Numbered from the stretch's first letter, positions 16,949-29,347 are shown. The stretch: 64,000 nt of DNA from Eledone cirrhosa (GCA_964016885.1 CAXHJY010000129.1:18370-82369); one strand, 5' to 3'. Numbers and translations: made by a program. The notes: a model not told the origin generated them from the letters alone.

Positions 16949-17497
16949 TGCTTGTGTATGTACGTATTTGTTTGCGGGTATGTATTTATTTATTTCTATT
17001 ACTTCTGTATTGTATTTATTTACTTTGTTCTTAACTCTGTACCGGAGATTCATTCGGTCTCCTAGTTAGAATTTTAGTCTACGACTTCTGCTATACCATT
17101 TACGTGGTTTTGTCTTTGCGTGCTATTAATTATCTACGCTCCACATATGACCTATTATATTCGTTTTTTTCGTTCATTGCTAGAGAACGTCTTTATGAAC
17201 CACCTAAGAGAACATTAGTCTACGACCACTTTTATACCATAAACGTGGTTCTGTCTTTGCGCGTAATTGTTTTTCACTGCTCCTATTAATGACGTGTCTT
17301 ATTCGTTTTTTCCCGTTCTTTGTCAGCGAACGTTTCCACGAACCAAAGTATCGTCTTCCTGTCTTCCTCCGGTTGCAACGTTTTTTGAAATATCCACTTC
17401 TGCGTTTACAGATTGACTTTGTTAGTTTCAGAAGATCCCGTTAAGGGTGAAAGCAGCAATTCTTTGCTTAAACTTTAATGTTATTTTAATAAATATT
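16945..17497. repeat. Inverted copy of arm A (11778-12325)
   Basis: Reverse-complement match with scattered substitutions. Confidence 0.9.
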
Positions 17498-17872
17498 TGC
17501 TCTATGGTTCTTATATATTTGATATATACTTATATTTATCGAGCACTGTTTGGATTTTAATCTTGAAATTTATTATTATTACTATATATATATATATATA
17601 CATATATATACACATACATACACACAATCATACATATATACACACGTACATACACACACATACATACACACATATATATACACGCATACATATGCATGCA
17701 CAAATATAGATATATGTACACACATCTACATACGCACACACACAAATAATTATAAGAAAAAGTATAATAATAAAAATACCGTCACATAAGAATAAAAATG
17801 AATGAAAAATTATTATAAAGTTGACAGCGATACATAAATATATATATCAACGTTATGTTCAAATCATTTAAT

Positions 17873-17919
17873 TGCTGACAATTGTTTCTTCCAAACTTTA
17901 GTTTGGAGTCATCGGAGCA
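17873..17919 (-). ncRNA. Minimal type I hammerhead ribozyme motif (U4C)
   Basis: TGCT-CCGATGA-CTCCAAAC-TAAA-GTTTGGAA-GAAA-CAATTG-TC-AGCA, with a GUC cleavage triplet. Confidence 0.8.
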
Positions 17920-18089
17920 TTATCAATGTTTGTACATATAATTAACCTCCTATTCAACTGAACAATCATATAGATACATATATATTGATGTTGTGAACAA
18001 CAGTTTAGTATTAACAGGGTGTAATGGATGCGACATATATTATACGAGAATTTTACAATAATTAAAATTAAAATTAAAATTAAAAGCAC

Positions 18090-18490
18090 AGAGTGGAATA
18101 CATGCGATACAATATTGCTTAATCAAAGACATCATTTACCCCTGCACGGTCAACACAAACAACTCTTCTAAAACATATATTGACTCTACTTCAAACTGCT
18201 TCAAGACGAGATACAACTCACACCTCCACTCTTTCAAAAAATCTAGCCAATTCCACTTCACTATCTAGCTACATACACTCTCTGAAAACTAGGAATAGAA
18301 CATATACACTTCAATGGGAAGTAATAGGTAGGGCTACATCATATAAACCCCCGAATACATTTTGTAACCTCTGTCTTCTAGAGACCCGTACTATAATCTT
18401 TTTGAAACTAAACCTCCTAAATAAAGAGTCAGAGATATTTTCCTCGTGCCAGCACCACAACCGACACTGATTCCATAGCTTTAAACCTAG
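18090..18490 (+). pseudogene. Decayed PLE GIY-YIG endonuclease C-terminus
   Basis: TSLSSYIHSLK...LQWEVIGRATSY...CNLCLLE...LLNKESEIFSSCQH matches the PLE CxLCL.E...LN.R.E...CRH signature. Confidence 0.85.
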
Positions 18491-19723
18491 TATATAACAA
18501 TGTCAGATTTGAATTCCTCACCACCATTAACACTTCACCTCTAAGGCTTTTCTTCCCCCACAACAGCACACTCTTTGATCTGTTCTTTCCTCTACACAAA
18601 TCCTATTTATCTCAAACATTATACTCTACAATAACTATTAGAAATAAACATATAGTCAGTCACCACCTTTTAATATAAATACTTTAGATTACTTATATTA
18701 TATACAGTAATTGATATATAATATGTATAGACATTAAATGTAATATGTGACAATGAATTATATATACATTTATAATTAAATGTATAAATTAATAACATTG
18801 TATGTAAAGGATTAAATTATTAACATAAGGGATTTATCTAATTTAACATGTAAACAGCTATACATTATTCCATATATTGCCTAGTATTGGGTAGATAACA
18901 ATCTAATGAAACCTTTAATATATTATGAGAGAGTAGACTGTTTTTAAAATTAAATATAAATATATCACATTATGTAAAAGGGATTCAATTGTGACACTGT
19001 ATAATGACTATTAGAGCAAATCATTTTAATAGTTTAATGAGCTTGTTACCTCCCCGTACGCATTAGTTCCCCTTAATTTTTTATCTCATATCCACTTTCG
19101 GATATTAAACCATTGGAAAATCTCGCTGTGGAACAACTCTAATCCATGAATATGAATACAATAAGACCAAGTTACAATCCATTACTATAACTAACTAAAA
19201 ACATTCAATACAAACGTTAACTAAAATATAACTTAACATATGTAATGGATGGGAAACCAATAACTTTCATATTCTCCACACATACAAATTTGAACTATAC
19301 AGAAACTATCATCGCATTACATCCCCCATAATACACTAACATATTTGCTTAAAGTGCTTGTATTTTATGTAATACCTTGCCATACAGTATTGATATATGC
19401 CTAATACCTTTGCGTGTTTCCTTCTCATATATATGACTAACGCATGTGCAATCTCTACACACTTGAATATGTACTTCTTTCTCAATGCCTCTTTAATTAT
19501 TAGACTATTCTCTTGTATTATTTGTCTTTTAATTTTAATTTTAATTTTATTTTTAATTTTAATTTTAATTTTAATTTTATTTTTAATTTTAATTATTGTA
19601 CAATTCTCGTATAATATATGTCGCATCCATTACACCCTGTTAATACTCACAACATCAACATATATGTAACTACATGATTGTTCAGTTGAATAGGACGTTA
19701 ATTATGTGTACAAACATTGATAA

Positions 19724-19770
19724 TGCTCCGATGACTCCAAACTAAAGTTTGGAAGAAACAATTGTCAGAG
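19724..19770 (+). ncRNA. Minimal type I hammerhead ribozyme motif (U4C), pLTR copy
   Basis: Same core as 17873-17919. The 3' strand of stem I has diverged (AGAG). Confidence 0.75.
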
Positions 19771-19965
19771 ATTAAATGATTTGAACATAACTTTGATACT
19801 TGTGTAATTTATATTCCTGCTCTGCAAAACACCTGATGTTCTTACATTGAACTATTTCTCTTACTGGTAATAAGGTAGTAATAAATTACTGACTTTTCCT
19901 GTTTATAGTTGTTTATAGTATAGTATATGCATAACTATAAGTAGTATCATTATTTTATATATATA

Positions 19966-20022
<57 letters not shown>

Positions 20023-20034
20023 TATATATATATA

Positions 20035-20636
20035 AAAGACGTAAAATAAGAAAATTAAAAAAAAATTTTTTTTTAAATTAACTTACTAAAATTTTCACTC
20101 CAACTAATTAGTTTCTGCAATGGGATAAAGACAGTTACGTAATAAACTGTTGAGAATTTCATTGCGTCATCAGGGAGGTCTATTCTCAGCAAAGTCGCCA
20201 GGCAATGCGCGGACACTGGGGACTCATATAAAAATAATAATAATTCGGTAGATGGAACAGCTAGCGGGAGCTGGATTCCATGCACTGAAAATCTCGTTGT
20301 TACTGGTCAAAAGATAGATTCTAAAGAATCAATCACGTGACACTGAGGCTAGCCGGTAGGAGTGGGATGGTAAGATGACAGAAGCCTACTAACACACCAA
20401 AAAAATTTTTAGTAGTGGTTTTGGCACGTTTGCTCGACAAAGTGATTTGGAGGTAAATATAGAGAATTTAGTATATCTACTAACATATGCGTTCAGATGT
20501 ACGCTAATGTCAGCAAATACACAGGTTATGTCATAGTACCTAGGTGGTTCAATGCAGGAGGATGCAGAACAATAATATAAAAGACGTAAAATAAGAAAAT
20601 AAAAAAATTTTTTTTTTTTAAATTAACTTACTTACT

Positions 20637-20642
<6 letters not shown>
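20035..20642 (-). mobile_element. 545-bp non-coding unit with terminal direct repeat and hammerhead-like core (retrozyme/pLTR-like)
   Basis: AAAGACGTAAAATAAGAAAA... recurs at 20035 and 20580. The unit is flanked by (TA)n. A homolog lies at 39495-39847. Confidence 0.65.
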
Positions 20643-20718
<76 letters not shown>

Positions 20719-20719
20719 A

Positions 20720-20915
20720 CAGGTAGAAGGAGCAATGTGAAATAAAGTGTCTTGCTCAAGGACATAATGCATTGCCCGGTCCAGGAATCCTGAGGTTGTG
20801 AGTTCAATTCTTGGGCAAGACACTTTATTTCACATTGCTCCTTCTACCTGGAGTTGCAACCGATAGATAGTACTAGCAACTGGAAAGACCAATGGAAACA
20901 TTGTTTCCCCCGTCC
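20720..20915 (+). mobile_element. CORE-like SINE fragment with 5' inversion
   Basis: CTTGGGCAAGACACTTTATTTCACATTGCTCC core. Inverted arms at 20720-20763 and 20807-20850. Confidence 0.65.
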
Positions 20916-20923
20916 AATTTGAT

Positions 20924-20961
<38 letters not shown>

Positions 20962-21164
20962 CGTTTCTGAATTTGTTTAGCAAGATTCTTTATCTGAAAT
21001 CGTGTGTTGAAACCGATATTGTTATACTTTGGGAGGGTCATGTTGCCAATAAGAAACACACGCACCAGTTGCTTTCACTTCAATTTATTATTATAATAAA
21101 TTTAAAAATTTATAAATTTCTGGTTGGTTGGTTGGTTCCACAACCAGATAGTTGTTTATATATT

Positions 21165-21205
21165 GTCATAGTTCTTTCGTCATGCACTCTGACCTCTTCA
21201 GTGAC
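21165..21205 (-). ncRNA. Minimal type I hammerhead ribozyme motif, intact core
   Basis: GTCA-CTGAAGA-GGTCA-GAGTGCA-TGAC-GAAA-GAAC-TA-TGAC. Confidence 0.78.
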
Positions 21206-21259
21206 TGGGGATTCCTTTCTTTGTTTCTGTGCCTCTCCTTTGTTCTGTCCTACGTCATG

Positions 21260-21483
21260 CTTTTCAAAAATAATTTTGAGATAGAGCATCCGTATTTTTG
21301 AAAAGCATTTAGAAATGCGCAACCGGTAAAATTTAAAACCACAACTGAATACTAACCAATACAATTACTAATTCTCATTTATTCCTAATTAAACTATTTT
21401 TCACTGTGAACAATTTGTCGGCATTTTCTATTCCGTTTACCAATATATAATAACTTGTGTGTTACACCTCTATTCTTTTAACT
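21260..21483 (+). mobile_element. 3' end of the pLTR family seen at 10322-11228, with a short inversion
   Basis: Shares ...TTCTATTCCGTTTACCAATATATAATAACTTGTGTGTTACACCTCTATTCTTTTAAC followed by (TA)n. Confidence 0.85.
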
Positions 21484-21726
21484 ATATATATATATACATA
21501 TATATATGTGTGTGTCTCTGTGTGTGTATGTGTATATATATATATATATACTAGTAGAGGCACCCAGCATTGACCGGGAATGAAATTGTTCCTTATATAT
21601 TAGAAGAAAAAAGCAAAATATGTTGTATAGAAATTTGTTATTTCAAATTTACTATATTCTTCAATTGTGATGCAAGATGAAATCAATTCTGAATTCTTAA
21701 TATAAAAAAAAATAAATATATATAAT

Positions 21727-22071
21727 AATTGTTACTACTTTTGGCACAAGGCCAGCTATTATCCCAGTACATTACTGGTACTTTTTTTATCGGCCCCGTA
21801 AGGATGAAAAGCAAAGTTAACCTCGGCGGGATTTGAACTCAGAATGGCAAGGGCTGTAACTCTATGCGTCAAAGTGTTATGGCCGGCCAGTAATTGGGGG
21901 AGGGGAAAGTCGATTAAATCAAGCCCAGTACATTACTGGTACTTTATTTTATCAACCCTGTAAGTATAAAAGTTAACCTCGGTGGGATTTGAACTCAGAC
22001 CGTAAAGGGCCGTAACTCTATGCTGCAAAGCATGGTGTCCAACTCTGTACCGATACTGCCAATCCACTGCC
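21727..22071 (-). mobile_element. Two adjacent tRNA-derived Nin/Deu-like SINEs inside the Helitron 3' region
   Basis: Two reverse-complement matches to the SINE at 46580. Confidence 0.85.
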
Positions 22072-22164
22072 CTTATATATATAAATATAATAATAATACT
22101 AAAAAACGAAAATACAAAATTTACCACTTTTATGAAGGGAGATAAATTCTATCACATATGTTGA

Positions 22165-25100
22165 AGGAAATTACATAAGAGCTTCTAGGTAAACAACATT
22201 CTTTGTTTTCTGGTTTGAAGCAGAGACAAATAAGTCTAGTAAACTTGGAGCAAGCAACATAAAGTTGACCATGAGAAAAGCAAGGTTCAATTAGGTGCAA
22301 GCCAGTAGATTTCAAAGTCTGATCTTGAGTTTTATTGATAGACATTGCGAAGCAAAGTCACACTGGGAATTGTGTTCGTTTGAACTCAAATGGCATGTCT
22401 GTTGGTTTGACTGGAATTCTTGGAATGAAAACCTCTTTCCCAGAGTCACATCCAATGATGATGGTAGCTTCTATCACATTAGGTGATAATGTCTTCATAA
22501 TCAACCATGTCCCATTGCATAATTTAGGAGGATCTAAATTTCTTAGAAGCAGTATTGGTACTCCTACCTTCAGAAGAGGTTCATGTGGAGGAGTTCCATG
22601 TGGTTCAAGAGAATTAAGGAACTCTGTTGGCTAGTGGACAGCTTGATTTTCATCAAGGACTGAATCAATTGATTTGTAGTCCATAAGGTTTGTTGGAATC
22701 TTATTGCTACTGTCTCATTTTTAAAGCTAGAATTGCCCTTTCACACAACCATTTATGTGAATTATAATTATTACTTAAATCTGGAAATACACCATTCTTC
22801 AATTCAGCTGGGGAATTCACCGTGATAGCAATATGAGCCAAATTGATATCACCAATGGTACTTTCCCATTTCCTAATTGAAGGAGCCAGGTTGAAAATTG
22901 TTCTGCACATTGGTCGCCATGTAATAAAGCTCACATGTTCCAGCTGATGAAATAAAAGCATGCTTTTATTTCATCAGCTCTTGTTCCTCTCAGAATGACT
23001 GCTGATGTCTGCCTGAAGTCTCCTGATAAAACTAATGTAACTCCTCCCATAGGTTTATTGTTGCCTCTTATGTTCTGTAAGGTCTTATCAAAAGCTTCCT
23101 ATGTGACATGGTGCATTCATCCCAAATGATCAGATGGCATTGGTGCAACACTTCTGCTGAACATGGACCTTTGCTTATGTTGGACTGTCATTTGTGACCA
23201 GGTTTAGCAATAATTCAAAAACAGAATAAGCTGTTTGCTCTCCTGGGAGAAGGGTGGCAGCAATTCCAGATGATGTTACAGCAACTGCAACTCTTTTTTG
23301 CTGCCTTACCCTAGAAAGAAGCAATGTTGTTACAAATGTTTTATCTGTGTCATCAAAAAAAAAAATTCCTCTGCTTTTTTCTCTGACTGACAAAAGGATT
23401 TCATAATATGCCCAGCGTTGTTCTGGAAGAAGTATAGGTTCATGTTCATTCACAAATGCAGCCAACTCTGTGATGTCATAATTTCTCTCTCTTGCTATGT
23501 CTCTAGACGTTAAACCACTAATTTGACGGTTTGTTTTTGGCAGTCCAGAACCAGACTCTTGTAAATTTTTGCCTCCCTTTGCCAAAACTTGATCCTCAAT
23601 TTCAATCAGTTCTTGGTTAAAACATTTTTCAGAGAACTGAATATTGATATCTGGATTTGCCTGTTAAACTGCATACTTTAAACCCTAAGCCATGTCCTCA
23701 CGATGTTTCATCCAAAGCTGTAGGGGACTTCCAAGTTGACACATGTCCAGCATAATTGCAAAAGAGTTACAGGGTTTCCTTGGAGAATCTGACACTGATG
23801 CTTCAGTCAATGCAAGCTCCCAATGATCATTATTTTCTAAAAACACCTTTTTGATAGTAAACTTCCCTATAAGTTTCACACACATGACAATTTATCCTCC
23901 TCAAATCTTGAAATGATTTGGGAGCATGTACTTCATGCAAGAGGAGCCGTAATTACTAGCATTCTGCTTGGCTTGGGTGGACACTGTAAACTCTTGCAAG
24001 AGCGTCAGCCCCACGTTTCTTCTTGTGCCATTTATTGTTTCTCCAGGTGTAATAGTTGGGTAATTCTAGGTAAAGGAGTTTTCTTGCACCTTCATCTTCT
24101 TGAAACAACTTAAAAAAGGCAGTAAAGGTAGTTTCTTTTGGAGAAAGTGCTTGTTGCAAGGCTGTTTGTTTTGAAAAGATAACCCTTTTGCCATTCTCTA
24201 GATGGACACTGAGATGAATGATGACTGGGTGCCTCTCATTAATGGGATAATCGAAGATGGGCAAAAAGCCTCATTGCTACTGATGTATCTTCCTCTCTCA
24301 TACTGTGCAACTTTGCCATTTTTATTTATCTGCTAACTGCCATTCTGCATAGGGGTGTATGTTGCATTATCTAAACCATTGTTTATAGATTCGTAAACAT
24401 ACTTAATAGACTTAACAGAGTTATAGAATTCAACATTGATATGGGCTTTGAAAGTTTTTGTAAGAAGAGGACAGTAGGATACAACCCACCGATTGTCAAT
24501 GATGAATTCTTGCCCATTTCTCATTTTTTGGGAAGTGAATCCACCATGCCCAGGTTTTCCTCTCAAGTAAAGGGGGTAGCCACCTTCTCCAGTTTGGGTT
24601 TCTTGTACAAAGAGATGTGGGTAGTTCTTGGTACACTTATGCATGGAGAGGATGGATTAATTGAACCACAGGGCCCATGAATCATCTGGGACTTGACAAT
24701 TTCATGCAGGAAAGGATCTTGCAGTGGATCAGGCAGTTCAGAAGAGATAGATAAATAAATAAATAAATATCATTTAGCTGAAGTTTTTCAAGTAACCAAA
24801 TCAAAATGTGGGCATGTGGCAATTCTCATTTTTGCCATTCAATTGTGTACATGTCACATTTGATTGGTCCAAAGACTTCACATCTTTTTAGGCGATCCAT
24901 CAACATTATAACTTTAAGTCTGAACATCCTAGCAATAATATCATGACGATCTTTGGGTTCTTGATGATGATAAAGCTCACTCTTTACTTCATGCCATGCT
25001 GGGTTACATGTGAATGGAATGAGGAGGTCTGGACGACCATAGTGTCTGACATGTAAGTGCATCTTGGGTATGCTCATGCATATTCCGTGGACTTCCTGTA

Positions 25101-26312
25101 AAGCTTGATGGAAGAATGACATAAATCTATCCAATGTTATCAGCAGCCAATATTCCTTCTTTACTGATTACATCTCAGGTGAATATAATCTGATGCATGG
25201 AGATCTTTCTGGTGTGTTCTAATGTAAAGAAGCCTTTCTCCTTCAATTTTTGTATATATATATCAACTGCAAATTGGTGGAAGAGCTCAGGTGATCGATG
25301 AAGAATATTGAAGTTTTGTTCTCTTACTATGAAAAGGTAAACATAGAATTCCATACAGCTTACTGTTTGTGTCAGTGCAGGAGCTCTTCTTTTAAGATCT
25401 GCTTTTTTTAAGATACCAAAGTGATATCCATCTTGGCCAAATACACAGATTAATGAATACTGGAGTGCATCATATAATCGGTGGGTTGCATGTATCTGCT
25501 GCATCTTATTTCCTCTTCCTTGAATAATAATATCTCTCTTTCCATACTTGTCACCTGTAATAATTGTCGCTACTTCATTTACGGCAGGGGCATTGTAGCA
25601 GCCACTGTCTTCAGTAACAGGCTTTTTTATATTCAGTGAGTGGTGCAGATTGTAATGCATACTTAAAGTTTCTGATGTAGCTATTCTTTGCATGCACCGT
25701 ATCTTACAGATCAAAGATTAACTCTTCTTTCAAATTTGGAAGGTTAAATGACCATTACAAAGCCTTCTCCTTGTAATTGGCCACAAAATATAGCTGTAAA
25801 AACTCAGGATTTTTGCTTTAAGGTGGCAACAAAGATCCAATACGATGGCATACTTGACCTTGAACGTTTAAAGTTGGCTTTATGTTCCCTTCTCTTATAA
25901 TATACCAAAGGAGGTCATTTGGAAAGCAGAATTATAATACTCAATGTTTTTCAAGAAGTGCATGCTCCTTGATGTGATTCCCAAAAGCAATACCTTCAAA
26001 GTATCTGGAGGTGTACCAAACGTCGGTAAAACAACCGTTGCTCCACCACAACACGTAGTGGTGGTTTCTCTTTCCCATTTCTTTCCTTTACAAAAACTGC
26101 ACTCTTTTGACATTGCTTCAATATCAATCAGTTTCTCTGTAGAGTAATCATGTTTTGGATCATAGTTGAAAGCTGATCTTTTCCAAGTCCACTTGAAAGG
26201 TACAACTCTATTGTCAAACATATTCAGCCTATCTTGATCAAGATGCTTACGTCTCTCCTCTGAGGATTGGCGAAGTCTGGCAGCAACTATTTGCTCCTGG
26301 CTTTTTCTTTGT
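22165..26312 (-). pseudogene. Helitron RepHel (Zn finger, HUH Rep, Pif1-family helicase), many stops and frameshifts
   Basis: CSFC..KW..E....CC, YNSAFQMTSFG, YDALQY, YGRPDL..FTCNP.W, IEWQK, CTKNYP, DNRWVV.Y.P.L..TF.AHINVE, L.VHLE, TSSGIAATLL, PTEFLNS, RLCNGT, SQ..T, FSHGQLYVACS. Confidence 0.95.
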
Positions 26313-27638
26313 TTAATACCCCCTTTACTATAGTGTCTATAACCTACTTGGGGTGGTTTGAGTGCCTATTTACGTACTGCAGGTTCTCGTTGGGCTTGTG
26401 ATACGGTCGGTATAAGCCTGTATCCAGTTCTAAGGATACGTCTAGGAAGTTTACTGTCTTAGTGCTATTTTCTATTAGCACGGATAAGCCGTGCTGCTTA
26501 AAGAAATATGAGATGCGTTTCCGCATGTGCTCCAGCTGGATAGAGTTTAGTTAGCAGAAGGTAAATAGGTGGTGTCTCTATATATCCCACCGCCTATCCC
26601 TGGAATCTCCTCTGCTACCCTATGGAGTAGATAAATTCCCACCAGGTCCGTCACCTCTGCGGAGTCGCTCAAGCCCATGGTGATGTCGAAACTGTCGGGT
26701 CTGGCTCTCCTTTCCCACAATCTACCGTTAAATCTAATGAGCGTCTTTCTAGCAGCTATAATGATGCCCACGTCACCTCTAGTTAAGTTGGACCTTGCCA
26801 TAGCGCTCATGAGGGCCTTGTTTACAATTAATGGTGAGATAGACGCGTAGTAATTTGCTATGTCCAGCTGCATGAAGTCCACTTGCTGTTTAGTGGGCAG
26901 CGCTGTAAACCAGTCTATTACCTCCTTTGTCGAAGTCCATAAGCTAAGTCTATTTCTATTCATAAGTGTGGGAAGGATCATATCTATTATATTGTTACTG
27001 GCCCTATCTAGGTCGGACTTGGGGGGTATTATTAGTCTAATGGGGAGGTTAGTCTTAAAGTCTAATTTATGATCCTTGATAGAAATCCGCAGTTTTCTAG
27101 GTACGTACTGTTCTATCCTGTCTGCTACCTCTAGTCCCGTCATTAATTTTTTGGTCGTGTTGTTGATTCTGTCAAGGTTGTCCTGTCCGGTAATCCTATA
27201 AATCTTCCTAATCTCTTTCTCAATGCATTTTCTGTAGGTTCTGTGGTTCATCCTGTAAATGTTACCCATCTTATCTGAAGGTACAAGTAAGTCCGGGCAA
27301 CTCTCCATGCTTTTAATCTTGGAGCTGAGGTCCTTCAGGTACTCAGTTCCACACGCTGCATTCCTGTTGAATTGTATGTTCCTTACGATGCTTACTAGGC
27401 GGTTTTCAAACACTTCCAGTGCCCCGTTGTGCGGTGGTTGTCTGGACTTGAAAATCCTCCTAAGGTCGTCGCGGGTGATGTCCTGTGTATGTTGTGTATT
27501 CCTGTTGTTGTAGTGGAAGGCGTGCCATCTCATGCGCCTGACAAAAGAGTTGGTATGGTGGATGAGTAGGTGAAGGTAGGTGTTGTCTGAAGAGATCGGG
27601 ATATCTTTGGATGAGGAAGAGTACTGGAATCTCTCCAT
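26313..27638 (-). pseudogene. PLE reverse transcriptase, frameshifted at the YRDD motif
   Basis: S.KDIP...Y...LI....SFVRRMRW.AF, SDK.GN.Y, IKDHK, RLI.P.KS, DI.NYY.SI, FDITMG..DSAEV.DLVGIYLL, GIYRD, VNFLDV, YHKPN, YV..HSNHP. Confidence 0.92.
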
Positions 27639-27940
27639 GGCAATTCGCTTCAAGCGCTCGACTTGGGGAGGAGCGAAATAATTGGTGTTGGAGGCTTAAA
27701 GCGTATGTATGCGGTAGGCCATTTGAGCATTCGATGCTCTCATAGAGCAGAGTATGATATCACAGAAAAAAGAGAATCAGTGTTGCGACGAGAGAAACGA
27801 TTGTAATATGTCCAATAAATTCCATTTGTTGCAACACTGATCTCTTTTTTTCTGTGATATCATTCTCTGCTCTATGAGAGCATTGAGTGCTCAAATGGCC
27901 TACCGCATACAGACGCTTTAAGCATCCAACGCCAATTATA
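26313..27940 (-). mobile_element. 5' part of a Penelope-like element (RT N-terminus to thumb), 3'-truncated against the Helitron
   Basis: RT ORF preceded by an inverted-repeat pLTR segment at 27678-27940 that ends in (TA)n. Confidence 0.9.
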
Positions 27941-28023
27941 TATATATGTTACCAGTAGCACTCAAGAGTGATCCGATGCACACATATATATATATATATA
28001 CACATACATACATATATATATAT

Positions 28024-28059
<36 letters not shown>

Positions 28060-28061
<2 letters not shown>

Positions 28062-28262
28062 CATCATCATCATCATCATCAGGTTTAGCGTCCGTGTCCC
28101 ACGCTTGCATGGGTTTGGACGGGGGTTTTCCCACTTGAGGCAAGAGTGGTTGTCTTGCTCGCATAGGACTGTCTGGCGGGTTTTCTACAGTTGGATGCCC
28201 TTCCTAACACCAACCACATTTACAGTGTGGGGCTGGGAGGTTTTTACCGTGTTGCCTACACA
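28060..28262 (-). mobile_element. RTE-tailed SINE-like repeat with (ATG)n tail
   Basis: GGTTGGTGTTAGGAAGGGCATCCA core, and a 3' end resembling the RTE tail at 58057-58110. Confidence 0.75.
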
Positions 28263-28264
28263 TA

Positions 28265-28660
28265 TTGTCTATGAATTTGTAAATAGGGAAAATTTTAAAG
28301 TTTGGATGTTGGTTGTGTGCACAATTGGCGATATGTTCACAACCAACATCCAAACTTTAAAATTTTCCCCATTTACAAATTCATAGACAACGCTACTTCC
28401 ATCCATCGTACCAATAAGGAATCATTTTTCATTAACAAATTCCAACCTCTACTTAATGCACTAAAAATCGGACCAAACTAAAGCTGCAACAAACAATCAA
28501 ACATTTACAAGAGTTACCTCCCACACCCTACCTAATCCTTTTTCTTAAATAAATTAAATATCATCCAGCATGAATTGCTTCCCCCTGTATATTAACTCTC
28601 TAAAAAGGGAAATCATATCAAACCTCAGTCCACCATTTGCCTCCATCATGGAATCATGGA
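28265..28660 (+). mobile_element. Extreme 3' fragment of a Neptune-type PLE with a ~59-bp 5' inversion
   Basis: ~28343-28481 translates QHPNFKIFPIYKFIDNATSIHRTNKESFFINKFQPLLN, homologous to the end of the 9127 ORF. Inverted arms at 28265-28323 and 28331-28390. Confidence 0.85.
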
Positions 28661-29309
28661 TCAACTAAGCACTTTTGCTATGTTAACACTTTTTGATCTG
28701 CTTAACTTCAAGAACGCATGTATGCGTATATTTGTGTGACTATTTATGTGTGTGTGTATGCATGGATATGTGTGTATGCTTCTGTGTGCACATGTGGGAA
28801 CGTAAGCACACAAGCTACTCTGCATGTATCTGTCAGTATCTGTGTGTGTGTGTGTGTGGGAGTGAGAACAGGCAAACAGCAGTAATTTTGCCGACGGGGC
28901 AGTGGGTGAGTGACAGCTCGCCCTGATGATCAGCGGGCTGCTACCAGTGGTCAGAATAATGATGACGTCACTAACCAGTGACCAACCCAAGGATGCGCAA
29001 AGCGGATGAAGGTGGACGATATAGGCTTGTGGGGCCAGAAAACCCCAGAAAGAGGATATGATCCGAAATCAATAGACGTATCCGTGGAACTTGCGAGTCT
29101 AGAGTCAGGTAGATCCACACACGGATCGCACCTCGAGGTGTTTGCCGGGGAAACAGATGTAACACACAATAAATTGAGTTCCGATGCATCACTGATTTTT
29201 TATTTTCCATTCTATCATACTCTGCTCCATAGGAGCATAGAGTGCTCAACCGGCATACCGCCTATGGAAGCATCTTAGCTACCATTAGACATATATATAT
29301 ATATATGTT

Positions 29310-29347
<38 letters not shown>

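Larger units (their letters stand above)
17845..19800 (+). mobile_element. 3' fragment of a Penelope-like element with inverted pLTR
   Basis: Inverted arms at ~17845-18085 and ~19575-19798, each with a hammerhead, flank a GIY-YIG C-terminal fragment. Confidence 0.85.
21551..26312 (-). mobile_element. Decayed autonomous Helitron, 5' end lost, 3' terminus intact
   Basis: Colinear Rep/Helicase remnants. The - strand ends CCCGG-TCAATG-CTGGG-8 nt-CTAG|T at 21578-21551. Confidence 0.92.
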
